Numbered from the stretch's first letter, positions 39,566 through 49,256 are shown. The stretch: DNA of 64,000 bases from an uncultured Acidobacteriota bacterium (GCA_963813155.1 CAWEYG010000003.1:96001-160000); one strand, 5' to 3'. Made by a program: numbers and translations. The notes: generated by a model not told the origin, from the letters alone.

Positions 39566-40134
39566 ATGACAAAGAAAACGGCCTCGAAGAAGAAAACCGC
39601 TTCGGCGAAAAAGAAGAAGGCCGGCGCGAAGAGGAAAGTCCGCGCCGAAAAGGAAATCCGCCGCGACGAAGAAGTCGGCCCCGAAAAGGAAGTCAGCTCC
39701 CCGTCCGGCGAAAAAGCGCGCGGGAAAGAAGACCGCGACGGCCCGGAAGAAGCCGGCCGCGAAGAAGAGCCGTCCGGCGACGAAGAGCAGAGCGAGAAAG
39801 GCGGCCGCCCCGAGGAAGAATCCGGCTCCGCGTTCGCGGCCGTACCTGGAAGAAGACCACGAAACCACGAGCGCCGATTTCGACCTGATGGAGCCTCCGA
39901 CGGAACGCGGGCTCGGGCTGGAATCGGGGGGACAGTCCGGCGACACGGAGGGTCTCTCGCGGAGCGAGATCGCCGCTTCGGAAAGCGTGGAAGAGCTGCT
40001 CGAAGAAGGGACAGGCCTTCGAGGCGGGCATCATCAGCGGCGTCGAGAATGCGCCCGACGCCGACGAAGGCGGAGTCCGAACGCGCCAGGTTCCCGAGGA
40101 CGACGTGCCGGAGGAGTACATCGACCGCGACTAG
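39566..40134 (+). CDS. Histone-like Lys/Ala-rich N-terminus + acidic C-terminal domain protein (two apparent +1 frameshifts)
   Basis: Removing one A (39635-39637) and one G (40008-40010) gives MTKKTASKKK...KRKSAPKRKSAATKKSAPKRK...GGQSGDTEGLS...ESVEELLEEGQAFEAGIISGVENAPDADEGGVRTRQVPEDDVPEEYIDRD*. GGAGGAGG RBS upstream. Confidence 0.65.
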
Positions 40135-40166
40135 CGCGCCGCTCCTTCGGATAAGATTCGGCCCGG

Positions 40167-41777
40167 ATGGAAATCCTCGAAAGCCACCTCGACACCGGCT
40201 CGGAGGAGTTCCGCGCCCGTTCGGAAGCGATGCGCAAGCTCGTCGCCGGGTTGAAGGAGGGCGCCGCGAAGGCTCGCGACGGGGGCGGAGAGAAGGCTCG
40301 CGAGCACCACGTGAAACAGGGGAAGATGCCGGTCCGGGATCGCATCGAGAAACTGCTCGATCCCGGCTCTCCGTTCCTGGAGCTTTCGCCGATGGCCGCC
40401 CACGGAATGTACGACGGCGCCGCCCCGTGCGCGGGCCTCGTGACCGGGATCGGGGAGGTGTCCGGCCGCGAGGTGATGATCGTCGCCAATGACGCGACCG
40501 TGAAGGGCGGAACGTATTTCCCGATGACGGTGAAGAAACATCTCCGGGCGCAGGAGATCGCGCAGCAGAACCGCCTGCCGTGCGTCTACCTCGTCGATTC
40601 GGGCGGCGCGTTCCTTCCGCTCCAGGCGGACGTGTTTCCCGACCGCGATCACTTCGGAAGGATTTTCTTCAACCAGGCGCGCATGTCGGCCCTGAAGATT
40701 CCGCAGATCTCCGCCGTTCTCGGTTCGTGCACGGCCGGCGGCGCGTACGTTCCGGCCATGTCCGACGAAGCCGTGATCGTTCGCAACCAGGGCACGATCT
40801 TCCTCGGAGGGCCGCCGCTCGTCAAAGCCGCGACCGGGGAAGAGGTCACCGCCGAGGAGCTCGGCGGCGCCGACGTGCACACGCGGGTGTCCGGCGTCGC
40901 GGACCATCTCGCGGAGGACGACGCCCACGCGCTCGAGATCGTCCGTTCGATCGTCGCGAACCTCCACACGAGCAAGGTCCTTCCGGCGGACACGGTCTCC
41001 CCGGAGCCGCCGCTCCATCCCGCGGAGGAGATCTACGGCGTGATCCCGCGCGACGTCCGGAAGCCCTACGACGTCCGCGAGCTGATCTGCCGCCTCGTCG
41101 ACGGCTCGCGTTTCCACGAGTTCAAGGCCCGATACGGCCCGACGCTCGTGACGGGGTTCGCGCGGCTCTCCGGTTTCCTCGTCGGCATCGTCGCGAACAA
41201 CGGGATCCTCTTCTCGGAATCCGCCCTCAAGGCGACGCACTTCATCGAGCTCTGCTGCAGCCGCCGCGTGCCGCTCGTCTTCCTCCAGAACATCACGGGG
41301 TTCATGGTGGGCAAGGAATACGAACGCGGCGGGATCGCGAAAGACGGCGCGAAAATGGTTCACGCCGTCGCGAACGCCCGAGTGCCGAAGTTCACGGTCG
41401 TCGTCGGCGGCTCGTTCGGCGCGGGAAACTACGCAATGTGCGGCCGAGCCTATGAGCCGCGATTTCTCTGGATGTGGCCGAACGCGCGAATCTCCGTGAT
41501 GGGAGGGGAGCAGGCGGCGAAGGTCCTGTCGACCGTCAAGCAGGAACAGCGAAAGCGGCAGGGCGAGCCGGCGCTCACCGGGCCGGAGCTCGCCGAGTTC
41601 GAAAGGCCGACGCGCGAGAAGTACGAAACGGAAGGCAGCCCGTACTTCTCCACGGCGCGCCTCTGGGACGACGGAATTCTCGACCCCGCGGACACGCGCG
41701 AGGCGCTGTCGCTCGGGATCTCGGCCGCTTACAACGCGGGGATTCCGGATACCGAGTTCGGCATCTTCCGGATGTAG
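40167..41777 (+). CDS. liuB: Methylcrotonyl-CoA carboxylase beta (carboxyltransferase) subunit
   Basis: [37 protein letters not shown] and ARLWDDG motifs. Confidence 0.92.
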   Translation: MEILESHLDTGSEEFRARSEAMRKLVAGLKEGAAKARDGGGEKAREHHVKQGKMPVRDRIEKLLDPGSPFLELSPMAAHGMYDGAAPCAGLVTGIGEVSGREVMIVANDATVKGGTYFPMTVKKHLRAQEIAQQNRLPCVYLVDSGGAFLPLQADVFPDRDHFGRIFFNQARMSALKIPQISAVLGSCTAGGAYVPAMSDEAVIVRNQGTIFLGGPPLVKAATGEEVTAEELGGADVHTRVSGVADHLAEDDAHALEIVRSIVANLHTSKVLPADTVSPEPPLHPAEEIYGVIPRDVRKPYDVRELICRLVDGSRFHEFKARYGPTLVTGFARLSGFLVGIVANNGILFSESALKATHFIELCCSRRVPLVFLQNITGFMVGKEYERGGIAKDGAKMVHAVANARVPKFTVVVGGSFGAGNYAMCGRAYEPRFLWMWPNARISVMGGEQAAKVLSTVKQEQRKRQGEPALTGPELAEFERPTREKYETEGSPYFSTARLWDDGILDPADTREALSLGISAAYNAGIPDTEFGIFRM

Positions 41778-41786
41778 GAGAGACGC

Positions 41787-42584
41787 GTGGCGGAAGAGAC
41801 GTATTCGACACTTCGCGTGGAGCGGGACGGGCCGATCCGCCGGGTCGTGCTGAACCGGCCGCAGGTTCGCAACGCGTTCGACGAGGAGATGATCCGGGAG
41901 CTGACGGCGGCGTTCGCCGGGCTCTCGTCGGACGCCGGCGCGCGGGCCGTCGTGCTGGCGGGCGAGGGAAAGATCTTCTGCGCCGGCGCGGACGTCAACT
42001 GGATGCGCCGGGCCGGTTCGTACTCCCGCGAGGAGAACCTGGAAGACGCCCGGCGAATGGCGAAGATGCTCCGGACGATCGACACGTGCTCGAAGCCGGT
42101 CGTCGGGCAGATCCGGGGAGCCGCGATCGGCGGCGGCGTCGGTCTTGCCGCCGTCTGCGACATCGTCGTCGCGTCCGACAACACGGTGTTCTCGCTTGCC
42201 GAAGTGAAGCTCGGCATTCTTCCGGCCGCGATCTCGCCGTACGTCCTTCGGGCGATCGGGCCAAGGCAGGCGCGCGACGTTTTCCTGACGGGTGATCGCT
42301 TCGGCGCCGACGAGGCGCGGCGGATCGGCCTCGTGCATCGCGTCGTCCCGGACGCGGATCTCGAGAAGGCCGTTTCCGAGAAGATTTCGTCGCTCCTGAC
42401 CTCCGGACCCGAAGCGGTCGCCGCCGCGAAACGCCTCATCGGAACGGTGACCGGCAAGGACATCGACGAGGCGTTCTCGGAAACGGCGCAGGCGATCGCG
42501 GAGCGCCGGGCCTCCGACGAGGGTCGCGAGGGGCTCTCGGCGTTTCTCGAGAAGCGAAAGCCTTCGTGGAGCGGCGGCTCGTGA
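41787..42584 (+). CDS. liuC: Methylglutaconyl-CoA hydratase (crotonase family)
   Basis: LNRPQVRNAF, FCAGADVNWM, AIGGGVGL and EVKLGILPA motifs; liu operon context. Confidence 0.85.
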   Translation: MAEETYSTLRVERDGPIRRVVLNRPQVRNAFDEEMIRELTAAFAGLSSDAGARAVVLAGEGKIFCAGADVNWMRRAGSYSREENLEDARRMAKMLRTIDTCSKPVVGQIRGAAIGGGVGLAAVCDIVVASDNTVFSLAEVKLGILPAAISPYVLRAIGPRQARDVFLTGDRFGADEARRIGLVHRVVPDADLEKAVSEKISSLLTSGPEAVAAAKRLIGTVTGKDIDEAFSETAQAIAERRASDEGREGLSAFLEKRKPSWSGGS

Positions 42585-45351
42585 TCCGGACCGGCACGGA
42601 CCGCCGCGGTGCTCGCGGCTATGCTCGCGGCCCTGGCCGGGACGCCTCGGCGCGGAGCCGATCCATCTGGCCTATACGAAACGTGTCCTCGACAACGGGT
42701 TGACGGTCATCCTCCACGAGGACCACCGCCTCCCCCTCGCGGCCGTCAACATCCTGTATCGCGTGGGCTCGTCGAGGGAGAGGCCCGGGCGCAGCGGGTT
42801 CGCCCACCTGTTCGAGCACCTCATGTTCACCGGCTCCAGCCACGTCGCGAACGGCGTGTTCGACCGTCTGCTCGAGGCCGCGGGCGGAGAGAACAACGCG
42901 AACACGGAAACGGAGGACACGGACTATTACGAGCTGCTGCCGTCGAACGCCCTCGAGCTGCCGCTCTACCTCGACGCGGACCGGATGGCGACGCTCGGCG
43001 AGTCGATCACGCAGGAGAAGTTCGAGACCCAGCGGTCGGTCGTCGAGAACGAGAGGCGCGAAGAGATCGACAACCGGCCGTACGGCACGACGCGAAGAGA
43101 CGCTCCTCGCGAACCTGTTTCCTCCGGGGCATCCGTACCATCTTCCCGTCGTCGGGACGATGAAGGACCTCGACGCCGCGACTCTCAAGGACGTGCGGGA
43201 GTTCTTCGCGGAGTTCTACACGCCGAACGACGCGATCCTGTCGATTGCGGGGGACTTCGACTCGGCCCGGGTCGGAGCGCTCGTCGACAGGTACTTCGGA
43301 TCGATCCCGAGAGGCCCCGACTCCGCCCCCTTGCGGCCGGCCGCCGTGCGGGTCCCGCGGGAAATTCGCCTTCGGGTCGAGGACCGCGTGGAGCTTCCCC
43401 GGCTCACGCTCGCATGGGTGACCCCCGCCGAGCTCCAGCCCGGGGACGCCGCGCTCGACGCGCTTTCCCTCGTGCTCAGCGGAGACAAGACGTCCCGGTT
43501 GTACAGGAAGCTCGTCTACGACCTGCAGATCGCGCAGGACGTGTCCGCCCAGCAGCAGTCCCGCTCTCTCGCGTCGATCTTCACGATCTCCGTCACCGCG
43601 CGCGCGGGTCATTCCCTCGCGGAGATCGAGCCGGTCGTCGAGCGCGAGCTCGAGCGCCTGCGGTCCGAGCCGCCGTCGGCCGAGGAGCTGCAGCGCGCCC
43701 GCGCCGGCATCGAGGCGAGCTTCCTTCACCGGCTCCTGAGAGGTCGGCGGAATCGCGAGCCAGCTCGCGGTCTACGAGGCGACGCGGGCGAGCCGGATTT
43801 CTTTCAGAAGGACCTCGACCGTTACGAGTCGCTGAAGCCGGAGGACGTGCGCGACGCCGCGCGCCTGCTCGGTGACGATCACCGCGTCGTGCTGTCCGTC
43901 GTTCCCCGCGGCAAACTCGACCTCGCTTCGTGGGAAATGCCGCGGGAGCGCGGGAAAGCGGCGGCGGTTCCGGCCGTCGACTGGGCGTCAGTCCCGACCA
44001 CCGGCTCGCCGAAGGACGTGCGGCTTCCTCCGGTTCGCCGGACGAAGCTCAAGAACGGGCTCTCGGTCTGGGTCCTCGAGCAGCACGGGCTTCCCGTCGT
44101 CCGAGCCGACCTCATCGTCCCTTCGGGATCCGCCGACGACCCGGGGCGGAAGCCGGCCTCGCGCGCATGACCGCGGCGATGCTTTCGCGCGGGACCGATT
44201 CGCGCGACGCGCTGGAGATCTCGGGACAGGCGAGCCTCCTCGGCGCCGAGCTGGGCGCCGGCGCGGGGTGGGATTCGTCGTTTGTTTCGCTCGACGTCCC
44301 GGCGGCGGGATGGGGCAAGGGGCTCGACTTGCTGGCCGACGTCGCGCTCCACCCCAGCTTCCGGGAGACCGAGCTGCAACGCGCGAAAAAAGAGATCGAC
44401 GGCGCGATTCAGCAGGCGCTCTCGGAGCCCGACGCGGTGGCGGGAGCGGTCTTCGAGCGGGCGCTCTACGGCCGGACCCATCCGTACGGGCGTCCGGGCG
44501 AAGGCGTTCTCCGTTCGATCGGGAGGATCGGGACGCGCGACCTGCGGTCGTTCTACCGGCGAGCGTTCGACCCCCGCCGCTCCGTCCTGATCGTCTCCGG
44601 CGACGTGCGGGCCGACGCGGCGATCGAGGAGATCGAGAAGCGATTCGGAACGTGGAACGGGGAAGGCTCCGCCGCGGCGCCGCTTCCGAAACCGCCGGGA
44701 CCCGCTCGCCGCCTCGTTCTCGTCGACAAGCCGGGCGCGGCCCAGTCCGTCGTGCAGGTCGGAAAGGTCGGCGTCGCGCGCTCCACGCCCGACTATTTCG
44801 CGATCGAAGTGATGAACACCGTACTCGGCGGTCCGTTCACGTCGCGGCTGAACCAGAACCTGCGCGAGGCGCACGGCTACGCGTACGGCGCGTTCTCCGG
44901 CTTCGAGATGCGGCGGGGCGCCGGCCCGTTCGTCGCGGAAGCGGCGGTGCAGACCGATTCCACCGCGCCGGCTCTCCGGGAGATGCTCTCGGAGCTGACA
45001 CGGATCGCGTCGGAAGAGGTCTCCGCCACGGAGCTTCAAAAGGCGAAGAACTACCTCGCGCTGTCGTTTCCGCAGACGCTCGAGACCCCCGGCGATCTCG
45101 CTCGCCGCCTCGCGGCGGGCTTCGTGTACGGCCTGCCGGACGACTACGACGATCGTTTCGTCGCGAGCGTCGAGGCGGTGACCGCGGAGGACGTGTTCCG
45201 GGTCGCGAAGGAAACGCTCGGCGGCGATTTTACGATCGTCGTCGTCGGCGACGTCGCGAAGATCCGCCCGGAAATCGAGAAGCTCAAGCTGGGGACGATC
45301 GAGCTCGCGAAGTACGACCCCGCGACGGGAAACGTCGTCCCGGGGAAGTGA
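42581..45351 (+). CDS. M16 (pitrilysin/insulinase) zinc peptidase with several apparent frameshifts
   Basis: GFAHLFEHLMF (HxxEH) motif, LDNGLTV, second-half LKNGLSV and SRLNQNLREAHGYAYG. Frame breaks near 42593, 42646, 43093 and 44156, plus a compensating pair at ~43740-43785. Confidence 0.8.
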
Positions 45352-45357
45352 CCGAAG

Positions 45358-45473
45358 GTCATTCCCGCGAACGCGGAAATCGCTCGGGGGTGGGCGCAGG
45401 GAGTCCTAAATCGAGCATTCGCGCATTCAAACAATTTCCCCCTTTGTCGCGCCGAAGCTTTAGCGAAGGCGGA
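45358..45473. repeat. REP-like palindromic remnants
   Basis: GTCATTCCCGCGAACGCGGAAATC (45358-45381) and CGCCGAAGCTTTAGCGAAGGCG (45450-45471) are imperfect palindromes resembling dispersed REP-type repeats. Confidence 0.4.
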
Positions 45474-45550
45474 TGTCCCCTTTTCGCGGGTCGCGCGATG
45501 TGCAGGGGAGAGGGGTATGATTTTCGAACAAATGCCCATCGATGTCGCCC

Positions 45551-45672
45551 GCCTAACGCGGATCGTCTTAGGCCGACGATTCGGTTGCCAGGTTGTTGGC
45601 TCTTGGAGAGTGGGAGGCCGTTTTGTTCCGCCTATCGCGACAGACCCGCTTCCGCCTAATCACATGCTGGGC
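45551..45672 (+). other. attC site 1 (degenerate)
   Basis: R'' GCCTAAC (45551); inner TTAGGCCGA/TCCGCCTAA inverted pair. R' GCTGGGC(GTTTC) at 45666 is 11/12 complementary to GAAACGCCCAAC at the end of the following cassette. Confidence 0.55.
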
Positions 45673-45689
45673 GTTTCAGCGAGCATTTC

Positions 45690-46061
45690 GTGAACGACGC
45701 CGTTCTCGAAATGTCCTTGGTACTCGTTGTGTCGGTCGCTGCCTACTTAGGTTGGGTCGCCTGTCGGTCAGAGCGTCCCGTCTGGACTGCTCGCAGTGTC
45801 GTCCTATCGTTGCTGACCGTAATCAATGTCCTGTGCGCGGCAGTGTCATTCCTGGGAATCTATGCTCTGGCGAACTTTGCAGCTGGCCTCAAAGCGTCGT
45901 GGTCAGATTGTCTCGTCGGTGGTAGCGTTCTGGCCGTCGTAGCTACCGTACTCGCCCTTCGAAGGCCGCGGCGTGACCTAATCGTGGCCCTAAACGGGGC
46001 GTTGATCGGGCTCTTCGGTCTAGCGTGGCTGATTCTGATCGCAACGTCGGTCCGCAGATGA
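45690..46061 (+). CDS. Cassette 1: hypothetical 4-TM membrane protein
   Basis: Hydrophobic ORF between attC1 and attC2. Confidence 0.65.
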   Translation: MNDAVLEMSLVLVVSVAAYLGWVACRSERPVWTARSVVLSLLTVINVLCAAVSFLGIYALANFAAGLKASWSDCLVGGSVLAVVATVLALRRPRRDLIVALNGALIGLFGLAWLILIATSVRR

Positions 46062-46080
46062 GCGAGCAGAGGGTCGAAAC

Positions 46081-46156
46081 GCCCAACATGTCGCGGCAGC
46101 GGACTTCAGCCCGCCGCGTTGCGCCGGGCTTCGCCGCTGAGCTCAAGGCGTTACCT
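46081..46156 (+). other. attC site 2
   Basis: GCCCAAC-N8-GCAGCGG...CCGCTGAGC-N7-GTTACCT; inner palindrome AGCCCG/CGGGCT. Confidence 0.82.
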
Positions 46157-46172
46157 GTGCGAGGAGCGTGAG

Positions 46173-46646
46173 TTGTTGCGGCAGAGTTGGAAGCTTCGTT
46201 GGTGGCCCCTACTCTGGTCGATCGCGATGGCCTTCTGTACGACGGTTCTCGGGGTAGGCCTCTGGATGGCAGCGTTGGGGCCCGTTGGCCGTGTTCACGG
46301 CGCGCTCATGTTCGTCACCCTACCATTCGTCACCCTTGGGTTTGCGGTAGGTGAGCTGCCGTCCAGGTCGGCCCTCGGGTCCGGAATCCTTCTAATCGGC
46401 GGGTTCGTTTTCTGGGCCGGCACTTCGTATGCCATTCTTCACTTGGCCAGCGGCCCGGTTAAGAGTGAAAGTGCGCACAGCCAACATCGGTATCTGGACT
46501 CCTCCTGCAAGAGGGCGAAGCGCGGGCTCGGGAAGAGGGTTCGACGGGTTGTGAAGAGCGCAGTTGGTGAGTCGAGGATGTCAGGTCGAGACAGCGATCG
46601 TATCTACGGCCTCTTTGTGGAGTCGCGTTGGCGCTCCGGGCCATGA
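46173..46646 (+). CDS. Cassette 2: hypothetical membrane protein (C-terminus reads into the IS end)
   Basis: GAGGAG RBS at 46161 and TTG start; three hydrophobic helices up to ~46440. Sequence after 46490 is IS-derived. Confidence 0.55.
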   Translation: MLRQSWKLRWWPLLWSIAMAFCTTVLGVGLWMAALGPVGRVHGALMFVTLPFVTLGFAVGELPSRSALGSGILLIGGFVFWAGTSYAILHLASGPVKSESAHSQHRYLDSSCKRAKRGLGKRVRRVVKSAVGESRMSGRDSDRIYGLFVESRWRSGP

Positions 46647-46745
46647 TGGGAGCCGCACACGGGGAGCCAATCATTGACAGCGGCTTCTGAGAGCCACCGA
46701 TGTTGTCGGCTTGTCCCCGTGTCGGTCCGACCGAAACCATCATCG
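46590..46745 (-). ncRNA. Predicted bridge RNA/seekRNA of the IS1111 element
   Basis: Stem ACACGGGGA/TCCCCGTGT encloses a bilateral loop with CAACAUCGGU (=46482-46491) and GCUGUCAAUGA (complement of 47907-47916 with one extra nt). A second loop has CCCAUCAU and AGAUAC, matching the IS ends. Boundaries approximate. Confidence 0.75.
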
Positions 46746-46785
46746 AGATCTGATGCGCGTTCACAGGAAGGTCGTGGTCCTTTCC

Positions 46786-47820
46786 TTAATTGCAGGGGCT
46801 CAGGCTTCGGGGTTCGTAGACAGTGTTTCGTGACCAGACGGCCCAGGCGACGCGAGCGAGCTTGTTGGCAAGGGCGGTGGCGGTGCGGTTGTGACCGCGG
46901 CGTTTCTCGACTTCGAGGGCCCAGGACTGGATGCGATCGGGGTTTTTGGAGCGTTTGGCGGCGAGAAGGACGGATCGCGCTCCGTGGATGAGAAGAGTTC
47001 GCAGGTAGGAGTCGCCGCGTTTGGTAATGGCGCCCAGATGGCGATTGTTACCGCTGGAGAACTCTTTGGGGACCAGGCCGAGGAAGCAAGAGAGCCGCCG
47101 GCTCGAGCGGAAGCGGGAGGCCGAGCCGACAAAACCGAGCAAGGCGGTGGAAGTCAGGAGCCCGATGCCGGGGATCGATTGAAGGCTTTTCGCTGCGTCA
47201 ATGTCCTTCGAGATCACCGCGAGCCGGCGATCCCCCATCCGAATGTTTTCCGTAAGCTTTCGGACCTCGTCGCAGAAGGCCAGAAGGATCGGATGAAGGT
47301 CTTTGGGTATGGCATCGGAGGCCAGCGCCTCGGAGACGGCGGGCAGGACGTATCGAGATCCCTGCGGGATGGTGACGCCGAGCTCGCGCAGGATGCCGCG
47401 CAGGATATTCAACCGAGCCGTGCGTGTGGTGATCCACGCGGAGCGCGAAGAGTGGAGAGCGGTCAGGACATGCTGGCCCACTGTTTTGACCGGCACGGGG
47501 AGGATCTGGTTGTTGCGCCCGGCTTCCAGCAAAGCATCGGCGTCGGCACGGTCGGTCTTGTTGCCGAGGCGATAACGGCGGACGTGGTGAGGAGGAAGAA
47601 GCACGACCTCATGGCCGAGGCCCTGGATCTCTCTTGCCCAGTGGTGTGCCGATCCGCAGGCTTCCATCAGAACCTTAGCCGAGGGTTGGTTAGAGAAGAA
47701 AGAGATCATCTGGCTTCTGGTCAGCCGGCGTCTCTGGCAGACGCGCCCCGGTTGCTTCGAGACGGCGATTTCGAAGACGGACTTCGCAAGATCAACGGCA
47801 ATGGTCGTAGAATCACTCAC
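46786..47820 (-). CDS. IS110-family DEDD recombinase/transposase
   Basis: IAVDLAK (D), MEACG (E), KTDRADA (D,D), SIPGIG, GLVPKEFSSG (catalytic Ser) and ALANKLAR motifs; AAGGAG RBS. Confidence 0.95.
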   Translation of the reverse strand: MSDSTTIAVDLAKSVFEIAVSKQPGRVCQRRRLTRSQMISFFSNQPSAKVLMEACGSAHHWAREIQGLGHEVVLLPPHHVRRYRLGNKTDRADADALLEAGRNNQILPVPVKTVGQHVLTALHSSRSAWITTRTARLNILRGILRELGVTIPQGSRYVLPAVSEALASDAIPKDLHPILLAFCDEVRKLTENIRMGDRRLAVISKDIDAAKSLQSIPGIGLLTSTALLGFVGSASRFRSSRRLSCFLGLVPKEFSSGNNRHLGAITKRGDSYLRTLLIHGARSVLLAAKRSKNPDRIQSWALEVEKRRGHNRTATALANKLARVAWAVWSRNTVYEPRSLSPCN

Positions 47821-47976
47821 GGACTTCTCCTTTCATGAAGCTGACCGATCAACCCGGAACAGCCTGGCACAACGATGCCGCACCATGCGGGGAGGAGTCC
47901 ATCTCATCATTGCAGCGGGCGGCGGGCCTGCGGATTGCCGTAGCTAAAGCCGGGTCGTCGAGCACCTGAGCAAGAG

Positions 47977-48714
47977 ATGTCAGTTCGTCAGTGGCTCTCT
48001 CGAATACCCCGAAGCGCACGGATTGGCGCGGGCGTGACATGTGCAATTGTTCTTCTGCCGCTTGGGGCATTTCTCATGTACGCGGGGTTGGCTATTGGCA
48101 ATGATTTGGCAGACAGGGGGCGATCAACGGGAATTCTCGGAATGCAGGAGCTCTGGCCGTTCCTCGGCCTCACACTCTATGCCCTCGTGATCGTCGCGAC
48201 GCCGGTGTCTGTCGGCGGCCTGATCGGCTGGGGGATCGATCGAGCGTTCAAGGCCGCGCGAGGCAGGGAGACGCGTAAGCAGAAACGTGGCCGGTGTCCG
48301 GTGTGCGCCCACGAATTTGACTATTACCTCGTGCATGACGGCTTCAGCGACACGGCACACGCATACTGCGATCGCTGTGGCGCGACGGCCCTTCTGGATA
48401 TGTGGTTCCCACGCATTCCACCCGCCGCGGATCTAAGGGTTCACCAAGCCATCTCAAAGGCGGTCGAGCCATGGCTGTCGCCGTGCCAGTGCGGAGGCAC
48501 CTTTCGCGCTGACGCCTCTCCTCGGTGTCCAACGTGTGGCGCACCGTTGGGGGCCGAAGAATGCAGAGGTTTTATCGAGCGCAATGCCGAAGGAACAAAG
48601 AAGGGGTGGCGGTGGCAGGGCAAATGGGTGGCAACCTACGCGATCGTCGTGGCGAACCGTGTCGTCTATGACAATTGGATTACCGAGAGCGTGGCACATG
48701 GCTCGAAGGCATAA
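47977..48714 (+). CDS. Cassette 3: 2-TM N-terminus fused to a Cys-rich (CxxC x3, CxC) putative zinc-binding domain
   Basis: CPVC, CDRC, CQC and CPTC motifs. The TAA stop lies inside R'' of attC4. Confidence 0.65.
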   Translation: MSVRQWLSRIPRSARIGAGVTCAIVLLPLGAFLMYAGLAIGNDLADRGRSTGILGMQELWPFLGLTLYALVIVATPVSVGGLIGWGIDRAFKAARGRETRKQKRGRCPVCAHEFDYYLVHDGFSDTAHAYCDRCGATALLDMWFPRIPPAADLRVHQAISKAVEPWLSPCQCGGTFRADASPRCPTCGAPLGAEECRGFIERNAEGTKKGWRWQGKWVATYAIVVANRVVYDNWITESVAHGSKA

Positions 48715-48769
48715 CACCGGCGTGCAGCGGGTTTCGCTACGCTCGCCGCTGATGCGCAAGTCGTTAGGC
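48709..48769 (+). other. attC site 4 (canonical)
   Basis: GCATAAC-N8-GCAGCGG...CCGCTGATGC...GTTAGGC, 61 bp. Confidence 0.9.
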
Positions 48770-48809
48770 AGTCAACGCAGGTCCAAACAGCTGAAAAGGA
48801 GTGCGCCCC

Positions 48810-49187
48810 ATGAAGCATAACGATCTCTTGAGTTTGACGTCGATACTCTCCGTGCTTCTGCTTGCCCTGCATATTTCGCAGGACATCGTCTTCGGGTTCG
48901 ACCGCGCAGGGCTCAATCATCTTGTCGGCGTTGCGATCTTGGTCGTCGTTGTCTGCGGCGCCGTGCTGCTCCGAGAACGGCGATTGGGCAAGGTGATCAT
49001 GCTGCTTGGCGGCGTGATGGCCGTCGGGATGCTGCCTCTGCACATGCGGAATGGATTGCGCCCGGAGTTTCTCGAGAAGAGCGGCGCCCTGCTGTTCATC
49101 TGGACGCTCTATGTCCTCGGAGTCATCGGCGCGTTCTCGATTATCCTGGCGATCCAGGCGTTGTTCGCTCGGCGGATCGCTTCGTGA
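48810..49187 (+). CDS. Cassette 4: hypothetical 4-TM membrane protein
   Basis: AAGGAG RBS and ATG 48810; four hydrophobic helices with intramembrane His residues. Confidence 0.72.
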   Translation: MKHNDLLSLTSILSVLLLALHISQDIVFGFDRAGLNHLVGVAILVVVVCGAVLLRERRLGKVIMLLGGVMAVGMLPLHMRNGLRPEFLEKSGALLFIWTLYVLGVIGAFSIILAIQALFARRIAS

Positions 49188-49250
49188 AGAACCGCTTGCA
49201 GCGGACGTCGCGCCTGCGGCCTTGCCGCCCCTGAAGCCGGGCCGTTAGCC
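49183..49250 (+). other. attC site 5 (R'' AAC>AAG variant)
   Basis: CGTGAAG-N8-GCAGCGG...CCCCTGAAGC...GTTAGCC. Confidence 0.75.
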
Positions 49251-49256
49251 CTCTTG

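Larger units (their letters stand above)
46491..47908 (-). mobile_element. IS1111-subgroup (IS110 family) insertion sequence inserted in an attC site
   Basis: Subterminal 11-bp inverted repeats TGGACTCCTCC (46495-46505) and GGAGGAGTCCA (47891-47901). Short 5' and long (~290 bp) 3' non-coding ends; no obvious target-site duplication. Ends uncertain by 1-2 nt. Confidence 0.88.
46479..47985 (+). other. attC site 3, interrupted by the IS (left part 46479-46490, right part ~47909-47985)
   Basis: Removing 46491-47908 restores AGCCAAC-ATCGGATT-GCAGCGG...CACCTGAGC-N7-GTCAGTT, the same spacing as attC2. Confidence 0.75.

Noticed and set aside
39630-39640. Programmed ribosomal frameshift in the histone-like gene
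   Set aside because: No canonical slippery heptamer or stimulator, and many neighbouring genes show similar single-base indels.
45352-45550. Integron integrase or attI site upstream of the array
   Set aside because: No tyrosine recombinase ORF or remnant is recognisable in the gap or elsewhere in the window.
46491-46510. Strong promoter formed at the IS circle junction
   Set aside because: A TTGCAG -35-like box exists on the minus strand, but the joined ends give only a poor -10 (TGAGAT/GAGATG). Not supportable by eye.
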